Shown here piece after piece: positions 62,901-64,000 of a DNA stretch of 64,000 nt. Origin of the DNA: Macrostomum hystrix. Lineage: Eukaryota > Animalia > Platyhelminthes. The stretch covers positions 7,688,001-7,752,000 of the forward strand of contig CATNEN010000029.1 of assembly GCA_950097015.1 (NCBI GenBank), given 5' to 3'. A model generated the notes under the pieces. That model was not told the origin of the DNA and did no database searches. It saw nothing but the letters and a program-made list of their open reading frames with translations. The position numbers were made by a program, and so were the translations under genes. Every line of letters starts with the position of its first letter. Positions within the stretch are counted from its first letter, which is position 1.

Positions 62901-63434
62901 GCGAACGGTACGGAACGGTACTGAACGGTACGGAACAGTACGGAACGGTACGGAACGGTACGGAACGGTACGGAACAGTACGGAACGGTACGGAACGGTA
63001 CGGAACGGTACGGAACGGTACGGAACGGTACGGAACGGTACGGAACGGTACGGAACGGTACGGAACGGTACGGAACGGTACGGAACGGTACGGAACGGTA
63101 CGGAACGGTACGGAACGGTACGGAACGGTACGGAACGGTACGGAACGGTACGGAACGGTACGGAACGGTACGGAACGGTAGGTGCTTCAAAGCTCACCCC
63201 ATCGGTGTACTGATAGTCCATTTGAAATCTAATTTTCGGAAACAAATCTGTCCTGCTGTGAACATAGTTCACGGAGTATTCAAGGTAGGCGATGTCGTTG
63301 CGAAAATTTGTGTCGTTTGAAATGATGCACAGCGCCTTGATCACTGCATTAGACTGGGCTGAGCAGCACACTGATAGGAGTAACAGCCAGTTGGCAAGTA
63401 ACTTATGACACCTGTCAGGCATGACTTGCTGCAT
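53783..63434 (-). CDS. GABA-B-like class C GPCR, paralog B (about 744 aa with the innermost exon 13 acceptor)
   Basis: 14 exons: 63434-63198, 62892-62755, 61520-61350, 61169-61068, 60980-60906, 60449-60270, 60200-59964, 59738-59675, 59591-59514, 59418-59036, 58326-58204, 56338-56242, 55590(up to 56073)-55352, 53893-53783. All phases consistent; nine exon lengths identical to paralog A (138, 171, 102, 75, 64, 78, 383, 123, 239). Confidence 0.92.
53965..54175 (-). mobile_element. SINE family A copy, 5' part lost at the heptamer array
   Basis: Reverse-complement central hairpin and 3' domain. Confidence 0.85.
54176..55040. repeat. (TAAACTG)n heptamer array
   Basis: About 120 units in the last intron of paralog B. 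Confidence 0.97.
55541..56095 (-). repeat. 69-bp array of splice acceptor plus exon 13 start, 8 copies
   Basis: CACATTGCGA recurs at 55541, 55610, 55679, 55748, 55817, 55886, 55955 and 56024; unit translates as PTSAGILLVLGIFLA(W/C)ETRNVYI. Confidence 0.97.
56405..57625. repeat. 25-bp array (ATATCATCAGTCATTTGAGTCACTC)
   Basis: About 48 copies in paralog B intron 11. Confidence 0.97.
58412..58608 (-). mobile_element. CORE-SINE (family B) copy with intact tRNA-like head
   Basis: Reverse complement CTAGTTGTTAGAG...GAGGGTTCGATTCCTGACTCC...CAGCTGTTGAAT...GTCCATGGACTGAACAG. Confidence 0.78.
58612..58912 (-). mobile_element. SINE family A copy
   Basis: Head GGTGGCAGAGCGG with short deletion, full body; 3' end abuts the family B copy. 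Confidence 0.88.
59760..59925. repeat. (AGT)n/(ATT)n microsatellite in paralog B intron 7
   Basis: Source of the poly-Val ORF 59744. Confidence 0.95.
60510..60835. repeat. 41-bp array containing CTGATTGGCT
   Basis: About 8 copies in paralog B intron 5. Confidence 0.92.
61596..61915 (+). mobile_element. SINE family A copy with ATT tail
   Basis: GAGTGGCAGAG...GAGCTTGGTTCCGCGGCGAGG head; ends CCCTCCTGCAATTATTGTTATTATT. Confidence 0.85.
62905..63180. repeat. (CGGAACGGTA)n decamer filling paralog B intron 1
   Basis: About 27 copies. Confidence 0.97.
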
Positions 63435-63647
63435 ACAGTTGCCGGCTGAAGATCGTCGAATGCTGCAAAGCAGGCTATTTATCCTATTTATGCACCACCT
63501 CAGATCCGCGCGGAGAGGACAAACCGAGTGACCAATGAGGTCGGAGCTCGAATCCAATGACTTCATCTCCCTTGAGACATTTGGACACAACACTCCATCG
63601 TGGGATTTTTCGCTCGGCTAAGGAATAAATTTAGTTCAGAAGCAAAT

Positions 63648-64000
63648 ATTTATGTACTGAAGCACAGACCAATGTACTGAAGCACAGACCAATGTACTGA
63701 AGCACAGACCAATGTACTGAAGCACAGAACAATGTACTGAAGCACAGAACAATGTACTGAAGCACAGACCAATGTACTGAAGCACAGACCAATGTACTGA
63801 AGCACAGACCAATGTACTGAAGCACAGACCAATGTACTGAAGCACAGACCAATGTACTGAAGCACAGACCAATGTACTGAAGCACAGACCAATGTACTGA
63901 AGCACAGAACAATGTACTGAAGCACAGACCAATGTACTGAAGCACAGAACAATGTACTGAAGCACAGACCAATGTACTGAAGCACAGACCAATGTACTGA
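63648..64000. repeat. 20-bp array (AATGTACTGAAGCACAGACC), runs off the right edge
   Basis: At least 17 copies. Confidence 0.97.

Noticed and set aside
63435-63593. N-terminal extension of paralog B in ORF 62862-63593
   Set aside because: Starts at a non-ATG codon; the ATG at 63434 (or 63422) is followed by a signal-peptide-like segment matching paralog A exon 1.

Overview
Eukaryotic genomic DNA with spliceosomal introns, not prokaryotic. The HMGB box-B signature (RWEHCxNK), GC-rich exons and extreme minisatellite load suggest a flatworm, possibly Macrostomum-like (inference). Genes reconstructed by hand from phase-consistent GT-AG splice sites: SGPP-type sphingosine-1-phosphate phosphatase (minus, runs off the left edge); COMTD1-like O-methyltransferase (+); a ZU5-ZU5-UPA-polyQ-death-domain DTHD1-like gene (+) with an intronless antisense gene nested in one intron; an unknown 3+ exon gene (minus); HMGB (minus); and two tandem 14-exon GABA-B-like class C GPCR paralogs (minus) with near-identical exon sizes. 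Mobile DNA: two members of one RNase H-bearing, LOA/Lian-like non-LTR family (a 5'-truncated RT-RNH-zinc-knuckle copy and an internally deleted 5'UTR-ORF1-3'end copy), about 11 copies of a tRNA-derived SINE and 3 CORE-SINE copies. More than 25 mostly unrelated tandem arrays occur, mainly in introns, and they produce nearly all of the long ORFs in the supplied track. Most unusual observations: (1) a 69-bp unit of splice acceptor plus the start of a receptor TM5 exon amplified to 8 in-frame copies; (2) a duplicated, covarying hairpin leader on the LINE derivative; (3) ribozyme-like sequence motifs in the SINE that do not fully fold canonically. Several 1-nt frameshifts suggest assembly indels, so pseudogene calls are unsafe.
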